From the NCBI GenBank assembly GCA_030390025.1, contig JASTWF010000034.1, positions 4,898,001-4,962,000 on the forward strand: DNA of 64,000 nt. Direction: 5' to 3'. Within the stretch, counting starts at the first letter, position 1; every line of letters begins with the position of its first letter. The position numbers and the translations under genes are program-made. This stretch comes from Squalus acanthias. Taxonomy: Eukaryota. Positions 1-10,813 of the stretch are shown here, piece after piece. The notes under the pieces are model-generated. The model searched no databases, was not told where the DNA came from, and was given only the letters and a program-made list of their open reading frames with translations.

Positions 1-546
1 AAGAACGCACTCCTTGTTAATTGAGAAAGACACAGAAAATACGTTGATTAAACTGATAACGTACAATTTAATTTGTTTTGAATGTTTGAAATAGGAGATT
101 AAAAATTGAGTGAACAATGAAGTTTGTTTGTTTGTCTCCCACTTTTCGTGGGGAAGAACCTAAAATAATTCAACTCTTTTCATGATAAGAGCAGGGATTA
201 ATATTTTGTAGAATGTCTGAGAGAAAAACATTTGAAGCGAAATAGGTAAATTATAAATCTTTAATTCAACATATGAATAAACATCTCCAAGTCAGTCTGA
301 CTGGTTCTGCTGTCCAGGAAGAAAGACAGATGATTATTTCTGTTCAGTCGTAGCTTTTCCTGCTTTGTGTTTATAATTAAGTGACGCAAATATTTTGTAT
401 ATTTGTCAATAATAAATTAACAGCAAATAATGACATTTCTGTGACAATTTTTATGTCTTAAAAGATTGCATTTGTGGCTCGGAATCTGGCTGGTAAATCT
501 AGTTTAATTACCTGAAAGACACTAGAATTCTTACACTGTGACCTGA

Positions 547-2044
547 ACATTACGCCTCAACGAACCACGCTGTGACCACTTATGCTCGCCTATGAGGGAA
601 GCCCACACCAGTGTCCATTACCAGTGCTAGATATGGAACCAAATCCAGTAAAGGCTAACGCCATACCCGGAGCTCCAAATGTGTACCTTGACAGGTCATC
701 ATACTGTGTAGATGGCCATCCTAGAACTGGATGCGCCCTTATTGATATCGACGCTCCCGATTGGTCAGCGGGATTTCACGTTCCCGTCCACTCCTCACAA
801 CAGGCAGAACTGATTGCAGTAATTCTAGCCGTACATTACACGGCTTTGGATGAAACAAATATCTGGTCCGACAGCAGTTACGTTTATAATACAGTTATGG
901 CTCTTCCCCTCTCGAATACCAATGAGTTTTGCTCATCAGAACATAAATCTTTATTACATTCTGGTCTCCTCCGTAAGCTATGGAAAGTGCTCCAGGAACG
1001 AGTCGCCCCTTGTCACGTGTGTAAGGTAGCAGCCCATCAGAAAGATTCATCCCCCCATTCTCGAGGTAACCAAATGGCCGATCGCTTTGCTAAGCAGGCG
1101 GCCGAGAACGGAAAGTTACTATCTTGGTGGGTATGAATAATACTCAGACACCCGTAGTGGGGGCGGTGACTAAGATTAAAACCATTGATCTTTTGGCCCT
1201 ACAGGATTCATATGCTCCTTATGCACAGCTAATAGCCTGGCATCAACAGGGATGCCCGGTACCAGCACCCACCCTATGGGCAGACTCCACTGTAATGCGA
1301 CAAGATGTAGATAAAAACCCTCCCCTAATAATGATCAGGAATAAAGAGGGTGACCTAGTAGTTTGTATTCCTCCTCAGTTAAAGGAAGACATTCTAGCTC
1401 TCTTTCATTCATTTCCCGGGGGCAGTTTTCACAACTCTGCAAGAAATGTTACAGATAAAACATAAATTGCACCTTGCGCCCCATCCACAATCATCAGGGA
1501 TTGTGGAGAGGGGAAATCGAACTTGAAAGACAATGTTGCAGAAGTTGTGTACAGATCACTCCACTCAGTGGACTGACATATTGCCTTTATGTCTAATGGC
1601 AATACGATCTACCCCACACGGGACTACGAGGGTAAGTCCATATGAGGCTATGACTGGGAGGCAAATGAGGATACCAGGACAAGCAATATATGAAAATAAC
1701 ACACCATTAAAACTACAACCATGTAGCCAAAAATGGTTACAAACCTTGGTAGATCATATGGATGAGGTGAGCAAGCTGGTGGCCATTAACATAGGCAAAT
1801 CGCGTGAACAAATCAAGCGATATTATAAGAGAGTAAAACCATTTGAGTATGATGTTGGAGACCGAGTAATGTCACACAATTTATCTCCAAAAAATCACTC
1901 ATTCGAGATAAAATCGATGGGCCCTCATACCACAGTAGATACATTAAATCCAGCTGTGTATCTACTGAATGTCCCAAATGGTCCGAAGGGAGACCTAAAC
2001 TGAAATGGCTCCATATCAATCAGATGAAAACTGTTAAGAATTAA
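547..2044 (+). pseudogene. pol: pol 3' fragment: linker (EGSPHQC), RNase H, and integrase with an internal deletion
   Basis: RNase H motifs VYLDRSS, SSQQAELIAV, IWSDSSYV, KVAAHQ...GNQMADRFAK (ORF 582-1136). Integrase N-terminal FHSFPGGSFH (ORF 1124-1465). Core end HLAPHPQSSGIVERGNRT*KTML, then W...LPLCLMAIRSTPHGTTRVSPYEAMTGR. C-terminal VGDRV...MGPH...KWLHINQMK, ending at TAA 2042-2044. Several frameshifts and stops. Confidence 0.9.
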
Positions 2045-2053
2045 GATGTTACA

Positions 2054-2070
2054 TTTAGATTTACCCACAG
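2054..2070 (+). promoter_or_regulatory. putative env splice acceptor
   Basis: tttagatttacccacAG|g lies between the pol stop (2044) and the env ATG (2078), where a retroviral env acceptor is expected. Confidence 0.5.
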
Positions 2071-2077
2071 GTTAAAG

Positions 2078-4594
2078 ATGTGGCTCTGTATGCTGATACT
2101 GATAATTGGATGTGCAGTGAGCTCTCCGGAGGTAACAAAATCTTTTGACATTACCATTAACATCTGTACACTGGACGAAGGAGGCGAATGCGTCCTACTC
2201 CACATCTATGGAACGGAAACTCGAATTGTTGGCGGACATAAATAATCAAAGAACTATCATGGACCATCCGAGACGTATGAGGAGGATGTTCCAGTTTGGA
2301 TCAGAAATAGTACAAAAGATAATATTACAACACCATACGTAACGGGTTTTGGTAAATTACAAGAAAAGGTGTATAATTAGGAAATAAAAGAAGGATATGG
2401 TGTGTGTATCAGGTGCGGGATAAGGTACTGGAAAGGCCCAAATGTGTGGAAATTCCCGAAGAAAAATAATGGAATCTGGGAACAGGTACAAGAATCCGAT
2501 CAGGGAGCAGTAGCTTCGGAAAGTAAGGGATATATACAATTATGCTGGACTCGGTGGTGGAAGAAAAATACCGGCCAGTATTCTTGTATTGGGTCGAATA
2601 TTATCATGGGCTTTAAAAATCAGGATGATGATTGGCCTCCTATTCCCGAATATGATGTAAAGATTACCTCAGCAGAATATGAGATTCCCAGAGACGATAT
2701 AGAGATCACCGCGGCAGAAAATAAACCCTTTTTGATAACCTTTATACGTTGGGGAAATTATAGGGATTTTGGGAATAAAGATAACAGCATAATATAATTC
2801 AAAAATGCGATAACTGGTTGTGTAAGGGAAGATGGGTATGTCTATAGTGTTAAGCTCACACCCTATGCGAAAGTAATATTAAGAACCACGAGAGGGTGTA
2901 CCCGAGGAACAATGTCCCCAACTAACAGCGGGACCTGGGAACGGTCTTGTAATTATACCCACCTATAAAGCAGTGTATCATCAAGTAATACCGGAAGTGG
3001 CCCCTGTTATTCTAAATTTTACAGAACTAATACTACCAAAGTGGTGCCCTGACAAAACAGCACAACTAACTCAGAGAATGCTGCAGCAGATTTTGAATCA
3101 GTACTGGGAAAAGGCGACCTTATCTATAAGTATAGAGAAAACAGAAGGCACCTTCCGTCACGAGTTTAGTACCACTAAAGACAGCAGCCAGGGAAAGAGT
3201 AGAGAGAAAGAGGATTGATAAACGATGGACTCACAGGTTTCAAGACAGTAACATCGGTAATTAACTCAATGGACTCCGCAGATTTACAAATACAATTACA
3301 AACGGTGAGGGAAAAGTTGAAGGAGATACTTAGTAGGGAAAACAACATAGTAAGCGAGGAGCTAAGGGATGATCAGGTAATGACCATACACCTGCGGGAC
3401 ATCATACATGAAATAGAGGATCATGGCAAAAGAATTAATGATCTGATTAGAGAAAACAAATGCCTCTGATCAAGCAGCCCATAATGACGTATGCGTTATG
3501 AACGGGAATTGGCTGATTGAACAAACTAGGGAAAAACTTCAGACCATCAATCAGGGACGTCTCCCCACTTGGGTCACTAATAAACACTTATCAGGGCTAT
3601 CCAATTATTACGATGGTGCAGAACTATGTAAGATCAGGAGTTTGATTAGAATCCACCCTGTTAAACGCGAATGCCACGAGTTAGGGAGTCAAAAGTTGAT
3701 GGGACTATTACTACAAATTCCTAGTCTAATGAATCGATCTGGACACAACCCCTGATTTAGGATAGAAAATATAGGAGTAGTACAAGGGAATACTATTACC
3801 CGATTTCTCACGGCACCACAATGGTTAGTACAATTAGGAAAACTAACATGGATTGAACCAAACCTCCAGGGATGCAATACAAATGAGGATGCCTTTGTCG
3901 GTCCATACCGTTTATATGAGCATTCAAAGGATACCTGTGGATATGGTTGGAATGAAGAAAGGTTAAACTGTACCATGGAAGTGACAGGCCCCTCAGATTT
4001 AAGAACTAGAACAGCCTACGTACGAGAAGGGAGGTATTGTTTTACCACTTTAGAAAACTCCTATAGTCATGGAAAAATTGAATGGTCAATAACCCCAGGG
4101 ACCTACTGTATTACTACTAGAAAGACTACAGTAATAGGAGGAAGAATTCTCCTTGTAATAGCCTCACATGGCCAACAAGTACTACAAACAAATTTAAAAA
4201 TAAATCTAGAAGATTATGTCACAAGATTCGGATATGACATCCCTGAGTTACCTGAAGCATTAGCCGAGCTAATAAGTCAAGTGAGCACCTCTCAACGTGA
4301 TTATTATACGTTGGTGCAAGGAAATAAAGACATTGCTGAGGAAATTCCAGACATCGAGACTCAGACCCACTGGTGGGATATATAGGAACAAATATGGACA
4401 TTTCCCCTTGGATTATAATAATTTCCCATGTACTGTTCATAGCCCAACTCATAGTACTAATATGCTTACTGCTGTACAACTGCTACCTGAAACACCTGAT
4501 GTCTAATACCCAATCATGTTTAAATATGATCACAACCCAAAATACCTTAGAGTTACACAAACGAAAGAGAACTAATCCATATGTAAGAGTTTAG
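2078..4594 (+). pseudogene. env: env pseudogene, F-protein-like class I fusion glycoprotein
   Basis: Signal peptide MWLCMLILIIGCAVSS at 2078. Furin site restorable as REKR|GLINDGLTGFKTVTSVINSMD by one base at ~3210. Heptad-like helix LQIQLQTVREKLKEIL...IIHEIEDHGKRINDLI. Long Cys-containing ectodomain, second helical region ...THWWD, transmembrane segment ISPWIIIISHVLFIAQLIVLICLLLYNC, and a short basic tail ending at 4594. Broken by stops and frameshifts. Confidence 0.82.
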
Positions 4595-4814
4595 TTTTGA
4601 GGGGTCGGCAAATGCATCGCCCTCAATGTAGGGATTTGTAGGGTAGGGTATATTTGTATGATTTAGTAAACATTCTTGTGCAACTATAATATGTGTAATT
4701 TTATGTTAAAAGCCTAAAAGCCTGTATAAAATGGCGAATGGCTGAGAGAGATGCAGGATGGGAAATTATGCCAAACCTGACTGAAACTCGCTCTATTTTC
4801 AATGACTGAAGTAA

Positions 4815-5987
4815 TGGAATGGAATGCTAAGTTTATGGAGACTGTCAGTAACGTGGAATGGAATGCTAAGTTTATGGAGACTGTCAGTAACGTGGAATGG
4901 AATGCTAAGTTTATGGAGACTGTCAGTAACGTGGAATGGAATGCTAAGTTTATGGAGACTGTCAGTAACGTGGAATGGAATGCTACGTTTATGGAGACTG
5001 TCAGTAACGTGGAATGGAATGCTAAGTTTATGGAGACTGTCAGTAACGTGGAATGGAATGCTAAGTTTATGGAGACTGTCAGTAACGTGGAATGGAATGC
5101 TAAGTTTATGGAGACTGTCAGTAACGTGGAATGGAATGCTAAGTTTATGGAGACTGTCAGTAACGTGGAATGGAATGCTAAGTTTATGGAGACTGTCAGT
5201 AACGTGGAATGGAATGCTAAGTTTATGGAGACTGTCAGTAACGTGGAATGGAATGCTAAGTTTATGGAGACTGTCAGTAACGTGGAATGGAATGCTACGT
5301 TTATGGAGACTGTCAGTAACGTGGAATGGAATGCTAAGTTTATGGAGACTGTCAGTAACGTGGAATGGAATGCTAAGTTTATGGAGACTGTCAGTAACGT
5401 GGAATGGAATGCTAAGTTTATGGAGACTGTCAGTAACGTGGAATGGAATGCTAAGTTTATGGAGACTGTCAGTAACGTGGAATGGAATGCTAAGTTTATG
5501 GAGACTGTCAGTAAGGTGGAATGGAATGCTAAGTTTATGGAGACTGTCAGTAAGGTGGAATGGAATGCTAAGTTTATGGAGACTGTCAGTAACGTGGAAT
5601 GGAATGCTAAGTTTATGGAGACTGTCAGTAACGTGGAATGGAATGCTAAGTTTATGGAGACTGTCAGTAACGTGGAATGGAATGCTAAGTTTATGGAGAC
5701 TGTCAGTAACGTGGAATGGAATGCTAAGTTTATGGAGACTGTCAGTAACGTGGAATGGAATGCTAAGTTTATGGAGACTGTCAGTAACGTGGAATGGAAT
5801 GCTAAGTTTATGGAGACTGTCAGTAACGTGGAATGGAATGCTAAGTTTATGGAGACTGTCAGTAACGTGGAATGGAATGCTAAGTTTATGGAGACTGTCA
5901 GTAACGTCGAATGGAATGCTAAGTTTATGGAGACTGTCAGTAACGTGGAACGGAATGCTAAGTTTATGGAGACTGTCAGTAACGTGG
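4815..5987. repeat. 39-bp minisatellite, 30 near-identical copies, inside the LTR U3
   Basis: Unit gtggaatggaatgctaagtttatggagactgtcagtaac. The translated repeat EWNAKFMETVSNV occurs 30 times in ORF 4802-6016, with only a handful of single-base variants. Confidence 0.98.
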
Positions 5988-6445
5988 TATTCAGTAATAT
6001 GATGGAAAAGAGATAAGAGAAGTGAAGAGAGAGAGAAATTGAAGGCACCCCTCAGTGATACCACTATAAAATGGACAGACTCTTTCGACAAAATCTTGGG
6101 AAATGCTATTTGGAAAGAGAACATCTAAAGATAAAGGGCACTTTGATATGCACAAAGCGAGACCTAGTGGGATCAACAAGGTCATAAAACATGTACCAGG
6201 TGTCGGATAGCTGATTGCAGTCACGTAGGCAAAGGAAGGGAAAGTGTATAAAGATACAGATATTGAACACTGAAGGCAGCGCGAAACAAGAATCAGAGTT
6301 GAAGGAGCTTCAGTCAAGAGAAAACAGCAAGCGAATAAAGAGACCGCACCACAGTCACTCAGAAGGAACGCCGAGGCTCAAACGAACAAGACTGTGACTA
6401 TCTCCTTGCTAAGTATGACTTATTTGTACTGGGTGTTCAATGCTT

Positions 6446-6451
6446 AATAAA
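6446..6451 (+). promoter_or_regulatory. LTR polyadenylation signal
   Basis: AATAAA about 90 bp before the LTR 3' end. Confidence 0.6.
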
Positions 6452-6538
6452 GCTGTTTTACATATACACAATATACCTGCACCCAGAGTGGTTTGAGTAG
6501 TCAAGGACAAATTATTATAAGAGCTTTTGGAAGCTACA

Positions 6539-7876
6539 CACCACAGGCCGGGAATGGAGTGTGAGTTCCCCCTTCTTTATGTATGGTTCAGTACCACACT
6601 GAATGAGAACTGACACACCACAGGTCAGGAATGGAGCCTGGGCTCTCCCTTCTCTGTGTGTGTGGCTCAGTCATTCACCGACTTTGAACAACAGACATAC
6701 CACAGGCCAGGAATGTAGCCTGAACCCTTGCTTCTCTGTGTGTGGTCCTCAGTACCTCTTTGACTGTGAACAACTGACATACCACAGGCCGGGAATGGAG
6801 CCTGAGCACCCCCTTCTCAGTGTGTGGGGCTCAGTAACTCACTAACTGTGGACAACTGACATACCACAGGCTGGGAATGGAGCCTGGGGACACCCTTCCG
6901 TGAGTGTGACTCAGTACCTTACCGACTGTGAACAACTGACATTCCACGGGAACTGGAATAGTGCCTGAGCCCTTCCTTCTCTGTGTGTGGGCCTCATTAC
7001 CATATCGAATGAGAACAACTGACACACTACAGGCCTGGTATGGAGCTCGGCCCTTCCTTCTCTGTGTTTGTGCCTCATTACCATACCGAATGAGAACAAC
7101 TGACACACCACAGGCCGGGAATGGAGCCTGACCCCTTCCTTCTCTGTGTGAGGGCCTCAGTACATCACCGACTGTGAACAACTGACATACCACAGACCGG
7201 GAATGGAGCCTGTCCCCTTCCTTCTCTGTGTGTGGGCCTCAGTACTTCACTGAGTGTGAACAAATGACACACAACGGACCGGCAATGTAGCCTGTCCCCT
7301 TCCTTCTCTGTGTGTTGGCCTCAGTACATCACCGACTGTGAACAACTAACATACCACAGGTCGGGAATTTAGCCTGGGCCCTTCCTTCTCTGTGTGTGGG
7401 TGTCAATACCTCAGCGACTGTAAACAATTAACACACCACAGGCCGGGAATGGAGCCTGAGTCCGTTCTTCTCTTTGTGTGGGCCTCAGTACCTCAACGAC
7501 AGTGAACAACTGACACACCACAGGCCGGGTATGGAGCCTGGGCCATTCAATCTCTGTGTGTGGGGCTCAGTACCTCACCAAATGAGAACAACTGACATAA
7601 CATGGGCCGGGAATGGAGCCTGAGCCCTTCCTTCTCTGTGAGTGGTCCTCAGTACCTCACCGAATGAGAACAACTGACATACCATGGGCCGGGAATGGAG
7701 CCTGAGCCCTTCCTTCTCTTTGTGTGGTCCTCAGTACCTCACCGAATGTGGACAATTAACAAAGCACTGGCCGGGAATGGAGCCTGTGCTCTCCATTCTC
7801 TGTGTGTGGGCCTCAGTTCCTCAGCAACTGTGAAGAAATAACATACCACAGCCCGGGAATGGAGATTGTGCCCTCC
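6539..7876. repeat. 82-bp satellite, block 1 (~16 diverged units)
   Basis: Unit approximately actgacataccacaggccgggaatggagcctgagcccttccttctctgtgtgtgggcctcagtacctcaccgactgtgaaca. Period 82 (e.g. 7181 to 7263). Confidence 0.95.
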
Positions 7877-10813
7877 CTACTTTTAGTCTGGAAGGCAGAG
7901 CAAATATGTAACGGCACAAGTGAGTATGGCAAGGCTAAATGGCATTTATTTTAGTGCAAGGAGTCTTACGTGTAAGGCAGATGAATTGAAGGTGTTGATG
8001 AATACACGGGAGGATGATATTGTTGCTATCACAGAGATATGGTTGAGGGAGGGGCAGGACTGGCAGCTCAATATACCAGGGTATAGAATCTTCAGGGAGA
8101 GGGAGGTGTAAAAGAGGAAGGGTGTCGCAATATTAATCAAGGAGTCAATTACTGCAGTAAGAAGGGATCTTCGCAGGTTCCTCTAATGAGACCATAAGGG
8201 TAGAACTTAAAAACAAAAAGGGGGCAAACACTTTGCTGGGAGTGTACTATAGGCCCCCAAACAGTCAGAGGGAGATAGAAGAACAGATATGTAGGCAAAT
8301 CTCAGAGAAATGTAGAAATAATAGTGTAATAATAGTCGGGGATTTTATCTTCCCCAATATTAACTGGGATTGTCAGAGTGTGAAAGGCTTAGACGGTGCG
8401 GAATTCTTAAAGTGCATCCAGGAGAGCTTTTTAAGAAAGCATGTAGAAAGTCCTACAATAGAGGGGGCGGTACTGGACCTAATTCTAGGGACTGTAGCCG
8501 GGCAAGTGGTAGAAATGTCATTAGGAGAGCATTTTGGTGACAGTGACCATAATTCGGTAAGATTTAAGGTCGTCATGGAAAAGGACAAAGATGGACTGGA
8601 AATACTGGTTCTAAATTGGGGGAAGGCCGATTTTAATATGACAGGCAGGATCTGGCCAATGTGGACTGAGTAAAGCTACTTGTAGGAAAATCCACATCGG
8701 AGCAGTAGGAGTCATTCAGAAAGGAAATAGAGAGAATACAGCGCCAACATGTTCCCGTAAAGGTCAAGGGTGGGACCAGCAAGTCCAGGAAACCCTGGAT
8801 GTCAAGGGATAAAGAAGAATGGATTAGGAAAGAAAGGGAGGCTTTTGACAGATACAAAGTACTAAAAACAGTGGAAGCCCTAGAGGAGTAAAGAAAGTCC
8901 ATGGGGGTACTTAAAGAACAAATTAGGAGAGCGTAGAGGGGGCATGAAAAAACACTGGCGGGAAAAAATAAAGAAAAATCCCAAGGTTTTATTTTAAGTA
9001 TATTAAGGGCAAGAGGATAACCAGGGAAAGAGTAGGGCCCATTAGGGACCAAAGTGGCAATCTGTGTGTATAACCGAAAGATGTAGGTGAGGTTTAAAAT
9101 TAATATTTTGCATCTCTGTTCACTATGGAGAAGGACGATGTAGGCATAGAAATCAGGCAGCGGGATTGTGGTATACTTGAACAAATTAGCACTGAGAGGG
9201 AGGCGGTGCTGGTGGTTTTAGCGGGCTATAAATGTGGATAAATTCGCAGGCCCAGACGAGATGTATCCCAGGCTGCAGTGTGAGGCAAGGGAGGAGATTG
9301 CAGGGGCTCTGACATAAATTTTCAGAACCTCTCTGGCCACAGGGGAGGTGCCAGATGACTGGAGAACAGCTAACGTAGTACCATTATTCAAGAAGGATAG
9401 TAATGATAAACCAGGGAATGACAGGCCAATGAGCCAAACATCAGTGGTAGGGAAATTATTGGAAAACATTCTGAGGGACAGAATTAGTCTCCACTTGGAG
9501 AGGCAAGAATTAATCAAGGATAGTCAGCATGGCTTTGTCAGGGGGAGATCATGTCTAAACAATTTGATTGAATTTTTCGAGGGGGTGACTAGGTGTATGG
9601 ATGAGGGCAGTGCAGTTGAAATGTCTACATGGATTTCCGTAAGGCTTTTGCCAAAGTCCTGCATGGGAGACTGAACAAGAATGTAACTGCCCATGGGATC
9701 CAGGGCAATTTGGCACATTGGATCCAAAATTGGCTTAGTGGCAGGAGGCACAGTGTGATGGTCGAAGATAGTTTTTGTGACTAGAAGCCTGTCTCCAGTG
9801 GTGTACCGCAGGGATCGGTGCTGGGTCCCTTGCTGTTTGTAGTGTAAATTACTGATTTAGATATGAATGTAGGAGGTATGATCAGTAAGTTCGCAGATGA
9901 CACGAAAATTGGTGAAGTAGTAAATAGCGAGGAGGGAAGCCTCAGGCTACAGGACGATATAGACGGGTTGGTCAGATGGGCAGAACAGTGGCAAATTGAA
10001 TTTCACCCTGAAAAATGTGAGGTGATGCATTTTTGGAGGACTAACATGCCAAGGGAATAAACAATGAATGGTATGACCCTAGGAAGGGCAGATAATCAGA
10101 GGGACCTTGGTGTGCATGCATATAGATACATGAAGGCAGCAGGAGAGGTAGATAATGTGTTTAAAAAGGCATATGGGATGCTTGCCTTCATTAGCCGAGG
10201 CATAGAAGATAAGAGCAGAGAGGTTATGATGGAGCTGTACAAAACGCTAGTTAGGCCACAGCTGGAATATTGTGTTCAGTTCTGGTCACCACACTATAGG
10301 AAGGATGTGATTGCATTGGAGAGGGTGCAGAGGAGATTCACCAGGATGTTACCTGGGCTGGAGCGTTTCAGCTATGAAGAGAGACTGGACAGGCTGGGGT
10401 TGTTTTTCTTAGACCATAGAAGGCTGAGGGGGGACCTGATTGAGGTGTACAAAATTATGAGGGGCATAGATAGGGTAGATAGAAAGGACATTTTCCCCTT
10501 AGTAAAGGGGTCACTAACCAGGGGGCATAGTTTCAAGGTAAGTGGCAGGAGGTTTAGAGGGGATTTGAGGAAACCCTTTTTCACCCAGAGGGTGGATGGA
10601 ATCTGGAACTCACTGCCTGAAAGGGTGGTAGAGGCAGCAACACTCACAAAATTCAAGAAGCATTTAGATGAGCACTTGAAACGCCATAGCAGACAAGGCT
10701 ACGGACCAAGTGCTGGAAAATGAGATTATAATAGATAGGGCTTGATGGCCGGCGCAGACATGATGGGCCGAAGGGCCTCTTTCTGTGCTGTATATCTCTA
10801 TGACTCTATGACT
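7877..10813 (+). mobile_element. CR1-clade LINE, 5'-truncated, decayed ORF2 (APE endonuclease + RT), copy 1
   Basis: APE motifs DIVAITEIWL, GVYYRPPNS, IVGDF.FPNINW, LDLILG, GDSDHN. RT motifs WRTANVVPLFKK, QHGFVRGRSCL, GVPQGSVLGP, SKFADDTKI. C-terminal LYKTLVRPQLEYCVQFWSP. 3' tail ctctatgactctatgact. Confidence 0.95.

Larger units (their letters stand above)
547..6538 (+). mobile_element. 5'-truncated, decayed endogenous retrovirus-like LTR element (RNase H-integrase-env-3'LTR), lokiretrovirus-like architecture
   Basis: Colinear + strand RNase H, integrase and envelope-like reading-frame fragments followed by an LTR bounded by TGTAG...CTACA. No gag, protease, RT or 5' LTR is recognisable upstream, so the left boundary is approximate. 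Confidence 0.88.
4637..6538 (+). repeat. 3' LTR of the retroviral element
   Basis: Starts TGTAG (4637; alternative start at 4627) after a degenerate purine-rich tract and ends CTACA (6534-6538), a 5-bp inverted terminus. TATA-like tataaa near 6065 and 6246, AATAAA at 6446-6451, and an abrupt switch to satellite at 6539. Confidence 0.72.

Noticed and set aside
1..546. Possible host exon or gene in the AT-rich leader
   Set aside because: No ORF, recognisable motif or convincing splice-site pair. Left unannotated.
4815..5987. CRISPR-like array of ~39-bp repeats
   Set aside because: The repeats are head-to-tail with no unique spacers, there are no cas genes, and the context is a eukaryotic LTR.
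4714..6124. Four ~400-aa ORFs on both strands
   Set aside because: By-products of a 39-bp (13-codon) unit that lacks stops in several frames. No coding evidence.
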